Shown here: positions 38,565 through 51,060 of the stretch, piece after piece | How the letters are laid out: every line of letters begins with the position of its first letter | Numbering within the stretch: the stretch's first letter is position 1 | NCBI RefSeq assembly: GCF_963921235.1 | Contig: NC_086097.1 | Coordinates: forward strand, 130,202,001-130,266,000 | DNA length: 64,000 nucleotides | Direction of reading: 5' to 3' | Source of the DNA: Mobula hypostoma | Lineage: Eukaryota | Position numbers and translations under genes: made by a program | Notes under the pieces: generated by a model | What the model was told of the DNA's origin: nothing | The model's input: the letters and a program-made list of their open reading frames with translations, nothing else | Databases searched by the model: none

Positions 38565-38834
38565 CTTTGGATACTGTTGAGGGGTTGGCCTACCAGGAAT
38601 CATGTCTCTGGTACGGAATCTGGCTCTGTGGCTCAGAGTGGAAGGTAGAAGAGGAGAACAGAGGTGATGGGGGGTTCAATAGTTAGGGAACCGAGAGGAG
38701 ATTATGTGGACATGAAAGAGACTCCTGGGTGGTATGTTACCTCCCAGTGCCAAGGCCAGGGTCATCTCAGATTGGGTTCACAGCATCCTTAAGGGGGAAG
38801 GTAAGTAGCCAGAGGTCAAGGCAATGGTACCATC
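38565..38834 (+). mobile_element. CR1 ORF1 esterase fragment, left part of an element continuing at ~51060
   Basis: VMGGSIVRG..RRLCGHERDSWVVCYLP and VHSILKGEG (SGNH esterase block I region). Confidence 0.75.
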
Positions 38835-38955
38835 TGTTATATTTGTTCTTAATAAAGACAAACTCAGTGTGGGTAAACATTAAAATGTTTTATTACTGAA
38901 TGACTGTTCAACACTGAGCACATGCAACCAGGTCACACTTTAAGCTTCTGGGTCC

Positions 38956-39495
38956 TTAAGACCATAAGACATAGAGGCCAAATTAGGCTATTCAGCCATC
39001 AAGTCTGCTCCACTATTCCATCATGGATCCCACTCAACCCCGTACACCTGTCCTCTCGCTATATCCTTTGATGCCCTGACCGATCAGGAAATGATCAACT
39101 TCCGCCTTAAATATACAACTGGACTTTGCCTCCACCGCAGTCTGTGCCAGAACATTCCACAGATTTTCTACACTCTGGCTAAAATATTCCTCCTAACCTC
39201 TGTTCTAAAGGCTCACCGTTCAATTTTGAGACTGTGCCCATTAGTTCTGGACATTCTCACGATAGGAAACATCCTCTCCATGTTCACCTTATCTAGTCCT
39301 TTCAGCATTCAGTAGGTTTCAATGACATCCCTCTGCATTCTTCTAAATTCCCGCAAGTACAGGCCCAAAGCTGCCAAACTTCCTCGTATGTTATCCCCTT
39401 CATTCCTGAAATCATCCTCGTGAACTTCCTCTGGACTCTCTCCAATGAGAACACATCTTTTTTAAGATATAGGGCTCAAAACTGTTGACAATACT
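38956..39495 (-). mobile_element. 5'-truncated CR1 inserted in the Gypsy A 3' LTR
   Basis: TSD TGGGTCC at 38949-38955 and 39496-39502, with a CATAAGAC tail. Confidence 0.85.
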
Positions 39496-41832
39496 TGGGT
39501 CCCAGCATTGCCCACTGGGAACTGAAGTTCTTTATTATGCACACATATAATAGCACATCTTCTCCTTTAAAGAAAAACCAACACAATACAATGTGCACAT
39601 AAACCTGCAATGAACAATAATCCTTTCCAGTGAAGATATCTATATGAATTTCAATTGTAATGAGCAAATGCAGTCCCTAAACCACTCATTAACTTTCAAT
39701 CATTCTCTGAGGTGGTTTAATGATCCATTTTGGTCTGCTGTATGTTTCCACATTTTGCTTGCATTTGGTGCATTAATATTTGTGACTTTCTGAGAACTCT
39801 GATCAACATGTTCATTTTTTACATCTGCTGGCCTTTTTGGTGTACTGACAGGCGATGTGTCACAGCTGTAGGTTGGAGCTTGTGGTTGCAGATCCACATG
39901 GTTCCTTCTCAGAGGTGTTCCTCACTCCATCTGGCTCTGGTAGGAAAGTGGAGCAACTTCCTCTTGCACATATCCTGTCATGGACTATGTGCCAGAGTCA
40001 TGATCTCAGATTCACAATTGTCCTCCAGGCTTCAGGATGGTAGGCATGGTCATGTCATGCTACTATTTCTGTTTTCCTTTCTTTTTCACTTTAGCCAGTT
40101 TGACCTTGTGTGCTCCTTTAGGTGTCAGCAGGTTTTTGTGCACTGGAAGGTTAGTGCATATGTGTCGACCCATCAGCATTTGGGCTGGTGAAAGGTCATT
40201 TTGCAGTGGCACACTTCTGAAAATCTTTAGACTCCTGTGGGTATCCACTCATCCATCCTGTGCCTTCTTCATGAGGACCTTCACTACCTTGACCAAACGC
40301 TTGCTAGGACATTAGATTTTGGGTGATGTGGGGTTGAAGTTTTATGTTGAAACCCCCAATCAGTGGCAAAGAACTCAAATTCACAGCTTGAAAATTGTGG
40401 ACCATTATCTGATACCAATTCACGTAGAACTCCATGCTTTGTAAACAGAGCTTTCAGGAAGGTGATGACCACTTTGCTGGATGTTTATCGCAGTGTTCTA
40501 TCCTCTGGGTAATTGGAAAAGTAGTCTGTTTTAACAAAATGACTCTTCTCATTACAATCAAACAAATCCAGTCCAACTTTCAAGTACGGTCTGTCTCCTA
40601 CAGGACGTGGTGTAAATCATTTTGCTTGCTGCTTTGGTCAGTAGGTAAAACATAATTCAAATGAAGCAGTGTTCTGGCTGATGTCTTGGTTCACTTCCCA
40701 AGCTCTATGTTTACATTTTTCCTCACCAAGTTACCCTTCGTGTATCTTTGGAAGCATTTCCTCATGTAGTGACGCTGGAATCACAAACTTGTTCCTTTTG
40801 AAGACCGTATCTTCCACTATTGACAGTTCAACTCTGCATGCCCAATAATCCCAAATACACATTGGGCTGTCATTCTTAGTTGCTGCCCATGCTTTCTGTG
40901 TTGTATCTTAGAATACTTTCATTGTTTCATCCGTCCCTGCTGCTGTCCTAATCGTCTCTGTTCTATCAAGAGGTATTGGAATGGAGGTGAAAATTATGTC
41001 AACGTAAGCCTGTATATCTGCGTTCATCTCTTGGTCACACTTTTCTTTCTTGATAACTGCATGAAACAGTGCATCAGCACCACCATATATTTTCCCAGTG
41101 TGTACGTCATCTTCATATCATATTTCTGCAACCTTATCAACATGCACTGTATCCTCATGGGACAGTCATTCAGTGGTTTGGATATAATTGAGACCAGCGA
41201 CTTATGGTCCATATCCACTTCAAAAGCTAATACATAGATGTACTGATAGAACTTCTTGCATGCCTATGTGCTGGTGAGAAACTTCTTCTCTATCTGTGCA
41301 TAACTGGCTTCCGCACTTGTTAAAGCCTTTGATGCATAGGCCAGGCCATAGGTTCCTATGTGCCATCATGCTGTTACAGTAATACTGCTACAAGGCTGTA
41401 CCGGGATGCATTAGCTGAGAACTTAGTACGTCTTTTTGGATCATAAAACTTCAACACGGGCTTTTCAGTTAAAATTCTTTTGAGCCTCTGGAAACACACA
41501 TCTTGCTTGTGAGAGCAAATACACTTATTTCACTGCTCAAGGAGTGATCTAAGTGGTACTGACACAGTAGACAGTCGAGGGATGAACTTAGCCAAATAGG
41601 TCACTATCCCTAAGAAACATTTCACCTCCTGTTTGTTTTGGGGCCTCTCCATATTTTCAATGGCTGACATTTTTCTTGGGTCACACTTCACTCCCTCTTT
41701 AGATATGACATCTCCTATGAAAGTCAGTGTCTTAACACCAAACTCACATTTCTCTTTACTTAATTTCAAATTGACATTCTGTGTCACATCAAGCACTTGT
41801 CTCAGTCATGCATCATGTTCATCTGGTTCCTC

Positions 41833-43920
41833 CAGCACCATCCACATTTCTAATGACATTTGAAATATTTCTTTCAGAGCCTCTGCTATTTCCACACTAA
41901 CTTCAGCACCATCCGCATTTCTAATGACATTTGAAATATTTCTTTCAGAGCCTCTGCCATTTCCACACTAACTTCCTTCAAGGTCCTAGGGAATATCCTG
42001 TCAGAAACTGGAGACTTATCCACTTTTATATTCCTTAAAAACGCCAGTACTTCTGCTTCTTTAATCATCATAGTTTCCATAACTACCCTACTTGTTTCCC
42101 TTACCTTACACAATTCAATATCCTTCTCCTTAGTGAATACTGAAGAAAAGAAATTGTTCAAAATTTCCCCCATCTCTTTTGGCTCCGCACATAGCCGTCC
42201 ACTCTGATTCTCTAAGGGACCAATTTTATCCCTCACTATTCTTTTGCTACTAATATAACTGTAGAAACCCTTCGGATTTATTTTCACCTTACTTGCCAAA
42301 GCAACCTCGTATCTTCTTTTAGCTTTTCTAATTTATTTCTTAAGATTCTTTTTACATTCTTTATATTCCTCGAGCACCTCATTTACTCCAAGCTGCCTAT
42401 ATTTATTGTAGATCACATCAAAGTTGATGGTGAACGCAGCAGGCCAGGCAGCATCTCTAGGAAGAGGTACAGTCGATGTTTTGGGCTGAGACCCTCTGTC
42501 AGGACTAACTGAAAGAAGAGCTAGTAAGAGATCTGAAAGTGGGAGGGGGAGGGGAAGATCCAAAGTGATAGGAGAAGGCAGGAGGGGGAGGGATGGAGCC
42601 AAGAGCTGGACAGTTGATTGGCAAAAGGGATATGAGAGGATTATGGGACAGGAGGTCTAACGAGAAAGAAAAGGCGGGGGGGGGAACCCAGAGCATGGGC
42701 AAGGGGTATATTCAGAGGGACAGAGGGAGAAAAAGGAGAGTGAGAGAGAGAATGTGTGTATAAAAATAAATAACGGATGGGGTACGAGGGGGAGGTGGGG
42801 CATTAGCGGAAGTTTGAGAAGTCAATGTTCATGCCATCCGGTTGGAGGCTACCCAACTGGAATATAAAGTGTAGTTCCTCCAACCTGAGTGTGGCTTCAT
42901 CTTGACAGTAGAGGAGGCCGTGGATAGACATATCAGAATGGGAATGGGACATGGAATTAAAATGTGTGGCCACCTGGAGATCCTGCTTTCTTTGGCGGAC
43001 AGAGTGTAGGTGTACAGTGAAACGATCTCCCAGTCTGCGTCTGGTCTCGCCAATATATAGAAGGCCACATCAGGAGCACTGGGCGCAGTATATCACCCCA
43101 GCCAACTCACAGGTGAAATGTCGCCTCACCTGGAAGGACTGTCTGGGGCCCTGAATGGTGGTGAGGGAGGAAGTGTAAGGGCATGTGTAGCACTTGTTCC
43201 GCTAACAAGGATAAGTGCCAGGAGGGAGATCAGTGGGGAGGGATGGGGAGGACGAATGGACAAGGAAGTCGCGATCCTCTTGCCCCTCTGATTCTGTCAC
43301 ACCTGAAGCAACGAAATCCAGGAATATTTAGTTGCCAATCACACCCCTCCTGCAACCATGTTTCACAAATAGCTACAACATCATATTTCCAGGTATCAAT
43401 CCATGCTCTAAGCTCATCCGCCTTTCTTACAATGCTCCTAGCATTAAAATAGATGCATTTAAGAAACTCTCCACCTCTTACTCTCTGTTCATCCCTAATG
43501 GCGCAAACAATTTCGTTATCTTTTTCTTCCTTCTCCCCTACATCTTCGGTCTGAGTGCTCCCGTTCTCTGTCCCCTGCCTATCCTCCCTCACACACTGTC
43601 TACTAGCTTTCCCTATTTGTGAACTAATCTCCTCTCTCCTAGTCTCTTCAATTTGATTCGCACCCCCCAACCATTCTAGTTTAAAGTCTCCCCACTAGCC
43701 TCCACAAATCTTCCCGCCAAGATATTGGTCCTCCTAGGATTCAAGTGCAACCCATCCTTTTTGTACAGGTCACATCTGTGCCAAAAGAGATCCCAATGAT
43801 CCAGACACTTGAATCCCTGCCCCCTGCTCCAATCCCTCAGCCATGCATTTATCCTCCACCTCATTCCATTCCTACTCTCACTGTTGGGTGGCACAGGCAG
43901 TAATCCCGAGATTACTACCT
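41833..43920 (-). mobile_element. CR1 5' half (ORF1 end, APE, linker) lacking its 3' end
   Basis: DHWDLFW..DGLHLN esterase, CIYFNARSIVRKADEL APE and EILNNFFSSVFT motifs. Confidence 0.85.
42414..43272 (-). mobile_element. Penelope-like element fragment (GIY-YIG plus terminal repeat with decayed hammerhead at 42471-42506)
   Basis: VIYCAQCS*CGLLYIGETRRRLGDRF. The terminus reads AGTC-CTGACAG-AGGGTCTCAGCCC-AAAA-CATC-GACT. Confidence 0.88.
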
Positions 43921-44184
43921 TTATGGAGTTTTTAAAATTTATGAGATCAATTTGAAAAAGGTAAGCTAAGCTTAACTACCTGTTATTTTCCAGAAAAGTT
44001 GGCTAAAAATTCATCCTCTACTCAAAAGAGCATTGACAATTAGTTTTGGACTATTATGTCTACAATTTACTGATCACAATAATGTACCATGAGCTGTAGA
44101 TATAATAATTTTTACGCAGGTGTTCCCTGAGACCTGAAAATTATTTCAACATTTCCTCCAGGGTAAGTAAGTTGAGAAAGGCTG
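43921..44184 (+). mobile_element. hAT-Charlie/Buster 3' end (MER112/Charlie9-like)
   Basis: Ends GTTCCCTGAGACCTGAAAATTATTTCAA...GTTGAGAAAGGCTG. Followed by GTATGGAC, a likely decayed GTCTAGAC Buster-type target within the Gypsy RT. Confidence 0.7.
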
Positions 44185-44479
44185 GTATGGACATATCCAC
44201 AATGTTCCATTTTTCTTTTGCACAATGACCAGTAAGCTGGGGTTCTTCAATTTTCTATATGACATTTATCTGTTCCATGCATGCTAGTTCTTGTTTGAGT
44301 TTATCTCTAGATGCAAACAGAACTTTCCTGCTTGCACGAATTTTGCGTACACCAGGTAAGCATCCGAGCCCCTCAAAGACATTTGCATACTCTTCAATGA
44401 GTGTTGGGTGATCATCTTTGGTCTATGAAGCCAGTATGAAAACTCTTTTCACAGGCACTCAGACCTAACATTGGCTGTA

Positions 44480-46290
44480 CAGGTCCACAATCCCTTATTC
44501 AAAATCCTTGGGGCCAGTTGCATTTCGGAACTCAGAATTTTTCGGATTTCAGAAAATTGATAATTATATTGCATGAGTACAACAATGGACACAAACAAGT
44601 CAGCCTTTACAATGAAAGCTGCTTATCAATGGGTTTTACATGGATCCAAGTTGTCTATTCCATTGTGCCTAGTCTGTGGCAAACAACTTACGAATGCAGC
44701 AATGGTGCCAGCAAAATTGAAAAGACACTTAACTATTAATCACAGTTATATCATATGTAAAATGCTGATTATTTTAAATGGCTATTGGAATATTAAAACG
44801 AGCAGAGTAAAGCTTTTGTTAATAAAGTCACAGTCAGTAAAAGGGTCCCAGGAAGCAAGTTACTTAGTAGCAGAACTTTTTACCGAGAAAAGGAAAAGTC
44901 AAATGGTTGGTGAGAACCAGCTTGTAAAATCATAGTGGGTAAAGTGCTGGGGCAAGATACAATATGAGAAATTGAAAAAATTTCACTCTCAAGCAGTGCG
45001 ATAAGTCAATGTATTGATGACATGTCACATGATGCTGAAGACATTTTGTGTGATAAACTGAAAAAAACCATAGCTTCTCGATCCAGGTTGATGAGTCAAC
45101 AGATTCAACCAATAAATGTCATTTGTAAGATTTGTAGATGATGATAAAATTTAGGAAAACTTTTTCTGGTGCAAAGAACTGCCCAAAACAAGCAAAGGCC
45201 AAGATATATTTAATGTTTTGTGTCCATATCTGGAAACAAAAGTTCTGTCTTGGAGGGACTGTGATGGCACCTGTACTGATGGTGCCCCAACAATGGTTGG
45301 TTCTATGAGAGGTTTCGTTTCTCTTGTAGTAAAAGAAATTTCTGACATTGTCGTAACATACTGCTTTCTTCACAGAGTGGTGCGGATGTCAAAAACACTT
45401 GGAGATGAAATGAAAAAAGTTCTGGATGATGCTACACAAATGGTTGACTTTATAAACAAAGACCATTTCATTCAAGAATGCTTAAAAACTGAGCATGCCA
45501 ATCTCCAGCTGCATAGAGAAATCCGGTGGCTTAGCAGAGGAAGAGTTCTCAACAGGGTGTTTGAGCTGAAAGGTGAATTGTGAAAGGTGAACCAGTGTGA
45601 GTGGACTTTAGGACCAGGGGCAGCTCTGGACCTACACACATCCTCCCGTATACTTTAAATCATCTCTAGATTACTTATAATACCTAATACAATGTAAATG
45701 CTATGTAAATAGTTGTTATATTGTATTGTTTAGGGAATACCAACAAGAAAAAAAGTCTGTACATGCTCAAACAACGAGTGCTGGAGAGAGATCTTCCGGG
45801 TTTTCCTGATCCGTGTTCTTTTACAAATACTGTTACAGTTTATTTATAGAGTAATATACTGATAAATGAAATAGTGCGGTAATTATAGACCATAAATACA
45901 GTAGCACATTTTATTTCCAACAAAAACATTCAATAAAACATACAAATATGCAGCTTCAAATGAACCAAATCAAACACATGGTAAATGACTTATTGGAATA
46001 AATGTAGAACGTAAATACTCTAGGACGTATACAGGTTCAAACTAAGCTAAGTACTTACAGGTACCTCTAGTTAACTTACATTACATCTGGCAAACAAAGC
46101 TAAATACTCTACAGGTACCTGATGGGCCAAGAACAGGATTCTGCTAGTGCTGCCACATCACACCTGAGTGATGTCAGCTGGTGGCGTGCCAAACAAGCCT
46201 TGTTACAACACGCTCCACACTCCATGAGAAAAACTTCAGTTTTTAGAGCTTTTCAGATTTCAGGATTTTAGATAAGGGATTGTGGACCTG
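44480..46290. mobile_element. TcMar-Tigger-like element (MER46C-like TIRs) with internal hAT transposase and MER2-like segments
   Basis: TIRs CAGGTCCACAATCCCTTAT / ATAAGGGATTGTGGACCTG with TA TSD at 44478-44479 and 46291-46292. Removing the element and one TA restores the Gypsy frame EKLV|QPMLGLSACEK. Confidence 0.9.
44572..45583 (+). pseudogene. Buster-family hAT transposase fragment (ZBED8/Buster3-like)
   Basis: YNESCLSMGFTW, PLCLVCGKQLTNAAMVPAKLKRHL (BED finger), IQVDESTD, CTDGAPTMVG, YCFLHR and EIRWLSRGRVLNRVFELK motifs, with frameshifts. Confidence 0.88.
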
Positions 46291-47592
46291 TACTAGCTTT
46301 TCTGCAATCAGTAGATGTACCTTTAGGTGCAGCCCCTGGTGCTTGAAGGTCACCATCCAGCCCCAATTACTGGAAAATTCTCTCCAGTATAGCCTATCAC
46401 TTTTAACTTCACTGCATAGATCTTGCTCTTTACTTTGAGAGGCTTGTAATCATTCATGGATAACAGATTCACCTGTGCTCCGGTGTACAGCTTAAAAGGA
46501 ATTACTGTCTCATTCACAGTCACTGGTACAACCCATTCTGTTTTACCAACACCAGCAGTCTGTAAGGAATCCACAAAGACTTGCGCCATTTCCTCATCAA
46601 CTATGTGCACCTTTCTTTTGGTAGCCCCAGCTTTGAAGCACTTTGCAAAATGGTTCGTCTTCCCACAATTATTGCAGGACATTCCATAAGCAGCATACAC
46701 CTTTGTAACATGACTCCCTCCACATTTGCTGTATTTACTGTTTGAGCCTTCCTTTCTGCTCTGCTGTTGCTTTGCGAAACGTCTTGTGCACTGCTCCTCT
46801 GTTTTCACAGCATGCACAGTTGTGTCTGCCCTGTGCAGCACCTTAATTCGTGCCCGTGTGGTTTCTGCTGCCCTACAAATATCCACAGCCTTTTCCAGCA
46901 TCACATCTTTTTCACACAGCAATCTTTCTCTGAGCCCATTGTCTGGGATTCCGCAAAATATTACCTCTCCAACTAACGAGTTTCTCAAATCTCCAAACTC
47001 ACAGGACCTACTCAGTGTGTATCGCTCGGCTTAAGTGTTGGTCAAAGCTATCATCATTTTTCTGGTCACATGGAAAAAACTTATATCTCTCAGACATGAT
47101 ATTTTCACTTGGGACAAAATACTCCTCAAATGTTATCATCAGAGTGTCCAATGAAAAAGGTGTCTCATCAATTTGAAAGCTGTTATAGATTCTCAAGGCA
47201 ACTTCACCAACTACTTGCAGAAAAATAGATGCTTTCAATTTTTCATCACCCCCTCCTGCTCTGCTAGTTGCTAAATATATGTTGAATCGTGTTTGAAGCA
47301 TTTCCAGTTAACAGTTAGTTTGCCAGTAAACTGCATAGATGTGGGAGGACTTCGGTTATCCATGATGGGAACTCACAGCCTCTCACCTGAATTTCTTGGT
47401 GAATTTGGTGAACTTCGGGACACAGCTGAAGCCTCTCTGAATCAGGTCTGCTTCTCTCCGTCCTAGCATCTCTTTCTCAGTTGCTCACGGTATTCATTTA
47501 CTCTGTGTTCAGACCTCATGCCATCTTCTGACACCATGTTATATTTGTTCTTCACAAGGAGAAACTTAGTGTGGGTAAACGTTAGAACCTTT

Positions 47593-50500
47593 TGTAACAT
47601 CCTGGGGAAGGTTTCACTGCCAATGTAATGGCTTCTCTGTAGCTGTAGTGTTTGGGTTATGACTAGAGATAACAGGGCCTTTGCGCTGTCCAATGAGGGG
47701 AGTGTTTTTTTCTTTCTTGTGTGCCTGAGAGTGAGGGATTCACGGTCTTTTGTTTGTCAGAAGACAGAGAGAGAAGATGTCACAATGGAGAGGTCATAGA
47801 CTGCAGGATGGAGTGGACTTGGAATGGGGCCAGGAGTTGATGATGCGTGGGGGGAAATCGATGGGGAACTAATGGATGGAAAACCATAAGCTCCAACGTG
47901 CACATTTGACTGTTTCCTTAAAATGGGCCCTTTTTCTTTTTGTTCTCGTTACTAACCCTATAGTCAAATTAAGAGTTATAAAGCTCAATTGTTTAATTGC
48001 ATATGGTGTACTGTTTGATATTTCGTGGTACTAATTTGTAACAGGGTAACACATCATGCAGCATCCAAACAAATGAGATTTCACAAGTTTGGCGGGCCCG
48101 GAGACTATCTTCCCCTAGACTAACGCTGTCGGCCAAACCTGAGGGTTATAATTGTGGGGGCTCATCTGGGATTGATTTTGTTGGATGCTATGCAATTGCC
48201 CTGAGCATTGAACCAGTAGGTTGGGTGTTTAAGTCTGTGCTGGTATAGATGATGCTGGGGTGGTCAGTGGTGTGCATCCACAGAGTTACCGATAACTAAT
48301 ACGTGTGTGTTGAGTAGGGTAGATATTTGTACTCTGGATGAATTGTTAATTCACCTGTTAAGTATTTCTAAAGTTGTCAGCAAAGTTACGATTGCGGGGC
48401 GGAGGTTTGATAAAATGGTGGGCTCAGATCTCATTTTACTGCAGACTAGCGCTGACATAACGGCATTGAAGCTGCCTGATACTATCGGTGCCCCAGGAGA
48501 AGCGGGGCCGTGGACTCTCCATTCTTTTAGGGAGGGAGAGAATGTAACGGGGTGGGCCGAATCATAAGTCGAGTTTCCCGTAGCTGGGGGGGTGGAGACT
48601 TCAAAAAAAAGGGTTCTATTGTTTCTGAGGAAGAGGGTAAAGAGTAGCTTAGCCCTTCAGAGCCTTTTGGACCGAGGTGGGATGCGAAATGTGAAGAGGC
48701 CTTTCAGTCACTGAAGGAGATGCTGACCCAGGTGCCTGTGCTGGCTTTTGTAGACTCTCGATTGCCGTATGTACTGTGTACGGATGCCAGCATAGGGGGT
48801 GTCCTGTACCAGGATCAGGGCACTGGGTTGAGACCTGTTGTGTTTGTCAGCCGGAGTCTGTTGGTGTCTGAGGAAAAACTATCCCACGCACGTTGGAGTT
48901 TCTGGCGTTGAAATGGGCTGTGATGGATAAGCTTAGTGACTACCTCTATGGTGCCAAGTATGAGGTGAGGGTGGAGAACAATCCCTTGATCTCAGTGAAA
49001 CTGGATGCCACAGGCCATCGGTGGTTGGTGGCGTTGTCTGCCTATGATTTCAGCCTGAAGTACCAGCCGGGAAGCAGGAACATTGATGCTGATGCTTAGT
49101 CCTGACATGCACATGAAGTACTGGACAGGGATGAAGAGTGGGAGAGTATTCCTGCCCCGGGGATTAAAGCCATGTGTCAGTTTGCCATCACAGTTTAGGC
49201 AGAGGGAAGGCAAGGGCAGGATTGAGCGGTAGATCAATTGGGAGATCTGATGATGCCATTCCACAAGTTTACTGTAACCTGACTGCTCTGAAGACAAACT
49301 AGCCACTGGAATTGAGTTCTGGGGAAGTGGCAGCTGCTCAGCGAGATGACCCAGGCATTGGTACCATTTGGTCAGCAGTCGAAAAGAGAGACGTGGCTCA
49401 AGTGGAGAAGATGAAACACGCCGCGGTGCCTCCATTACTGAGAGAATGGCCCAGGTTGGAGATCCTCTACCGGGTCACGTCACCGCCAGACCAACCCCGA
49501 CATTCCCAGCTGGTTTTGCCTGAGAAATATCGGAGGATGGTGTTGAAGTCACTTCATGATGATTCTGGACATTTGGGGGTTGAAAAGACCTATGGATTGC
49601 TCAGAGACCAGTTCTACTGGCCCCGAATGAAGTCGGATGTCAAAGAATACTGCAAGTCATGCATTCGATGCATATGGAGGGAGACGCTGCCTATGTGGGC
49701 AGCTCCCTTGTCCCACTTGCAGAGGGGGGGCCCCTGGACCTGGTGTGTATGGATGTCCTGGCAATAGAGCCAGATGCCAGCAACATGGTGAATGTCTTAG
49801 TCATCACGGATCACTACACCAGATATGCTCAGGCTTTCCCTACCAAGGACCAGGCTGGCCAAATTGTTATGGCAGAAGTATTTCATTTATTATGGCCTCC
49901 TAGGTGGATACATAGTGATCAGGGACGGGATTTTGAGAGTAGGCTTATCCATGAGTTACTGAGCATACTTGGAGTCAAGAAGTCAAGGACTACTCCCTAT
50001 CATTTGCAGGGTGATCCCCAGCCCGAGAGGTTTAATCGGACCTTGGTAGACGTGCTCGGGACCTTGGAGATCAGCAAGAAGTGCAGGTAGAGTTAACATA
50101 TTGGACATCTGGTCCACTGTTACGACTGTACCTGAAATGAAGCTACCAGGTACTCACTGTATTTTCTGATGTTTGGGCGCGAGACGAGGTTGCCCATTGA
50201 CCTTTGTTTTTGGCATTGGCGAGAGCGACTTACCACCGAAAACTTACCTGAAGTATGTGTCTGATATGAGAAGGAAGCTGAAAAAGGCTTAATTATTAGC
50301 TGGGGTCGTGGCTGCCAAGCAGAATCAAGGAAATAAGAGGAGGTATGATCAAAAGGTTAGGCTCTCCCAAATCATGGGGCTACCTGGGAAGCATAAGTTG
50401 GCTGATCGCTGGGTGGCTACACCCTATGTGGTGGAGAGTCAGATGTCAAATGTACCAGTTTTCTGGGTGAAACCAGAGGATGGGAATGGGCCTGTCAAGA

Positions 50501-51060
50501 TTCTCCATGGGAACCACCTTCTGCCTCTGGGACAAGAGGTGCTGGTTGACCCCGAGCCCGACCTGGAGCCTACACCTAGTAAGAGAACTCTGCAGTGACA
50601 CGGGGTGACTGCAGGACCAACAGCAGGAGAGATTAGGCCAGCCCCCGCCCCTGAGTGGGATGTTGATTCGGAGGATGAGGACATGGGAGTGTGGTATATA
50701 CTGCCTTTTGCTAACTGCCCGCTGATTGAAGAAGAGACTCCCAACCCTTCTCCCACTGAGTAGGGTGAAATTGGAGTGGGGGGTACTATCTGTGGACAGC
50801 CTGGGTTGCAGTGGGACCCTGCAAGAGATGAAACGGGGCTTAGCCAAGGGACAGAGAGGTCTGATTTGCAGGTGGGCATAAGTGATAGGCCGGGGGAGGC
50901 CTCGCCAGGTAGACCAGAATTATCCTCATTAGTGTCGGAATATGAAGAAGTAGAGGGGGAACGGAGGTCTCAAAGAATTAGGAGACCAACGGATAGACTG
51001 ACCTATGTAGCACGAGAGGAACAGAGTGTGGCCCCTACCACTGTGGGGAGCTGTTGTCAC
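47593..51060 (+). mobile_element. Gypsy LTR retrotransposon B (PNMA-like gag), inserted in the Gypsy A 5' LTR; internally deleted, 3' LTR lost
   Basis: LTR 47593-48150 (TGTAAC...GTTATA) and tRNA-Pro-like PBS TGGGGGCTCATCTGGGATT at 48155-48173. RNase H LCTDAS/EFLALKWAV, integrase HDDSGHLG..FYWP..C, IHSDQGRDFES and PERFNRTL. Confidence 0.88.

Larger units (their letters stand above)
38835..47592 (-). mobile_element. Gypsy LTR retrotransposon A, decayed, with several nested insertions
   Basis: Both LTR copies begin TGTTATATTTGTTCTT...AGTGTGGGTAAAC (38835 and 47537). PBS TGGTGTCAGAAG at 47536-47525 and PPT at ~39558-39570. gag with CCHC (CNNCGKTNHFAKCF), protease KLYTGAQ, RT (KLSKEKCEF), RNase H (DHKSL) and integrase (SDNGPQF). 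Confidence 0.88.

Noticed and set aside
44573..45583. Possible domesticated ZBED8/Buster gene
   Set aside because: Multiple frameshifts, truncated at both ends and nested within other transposons.
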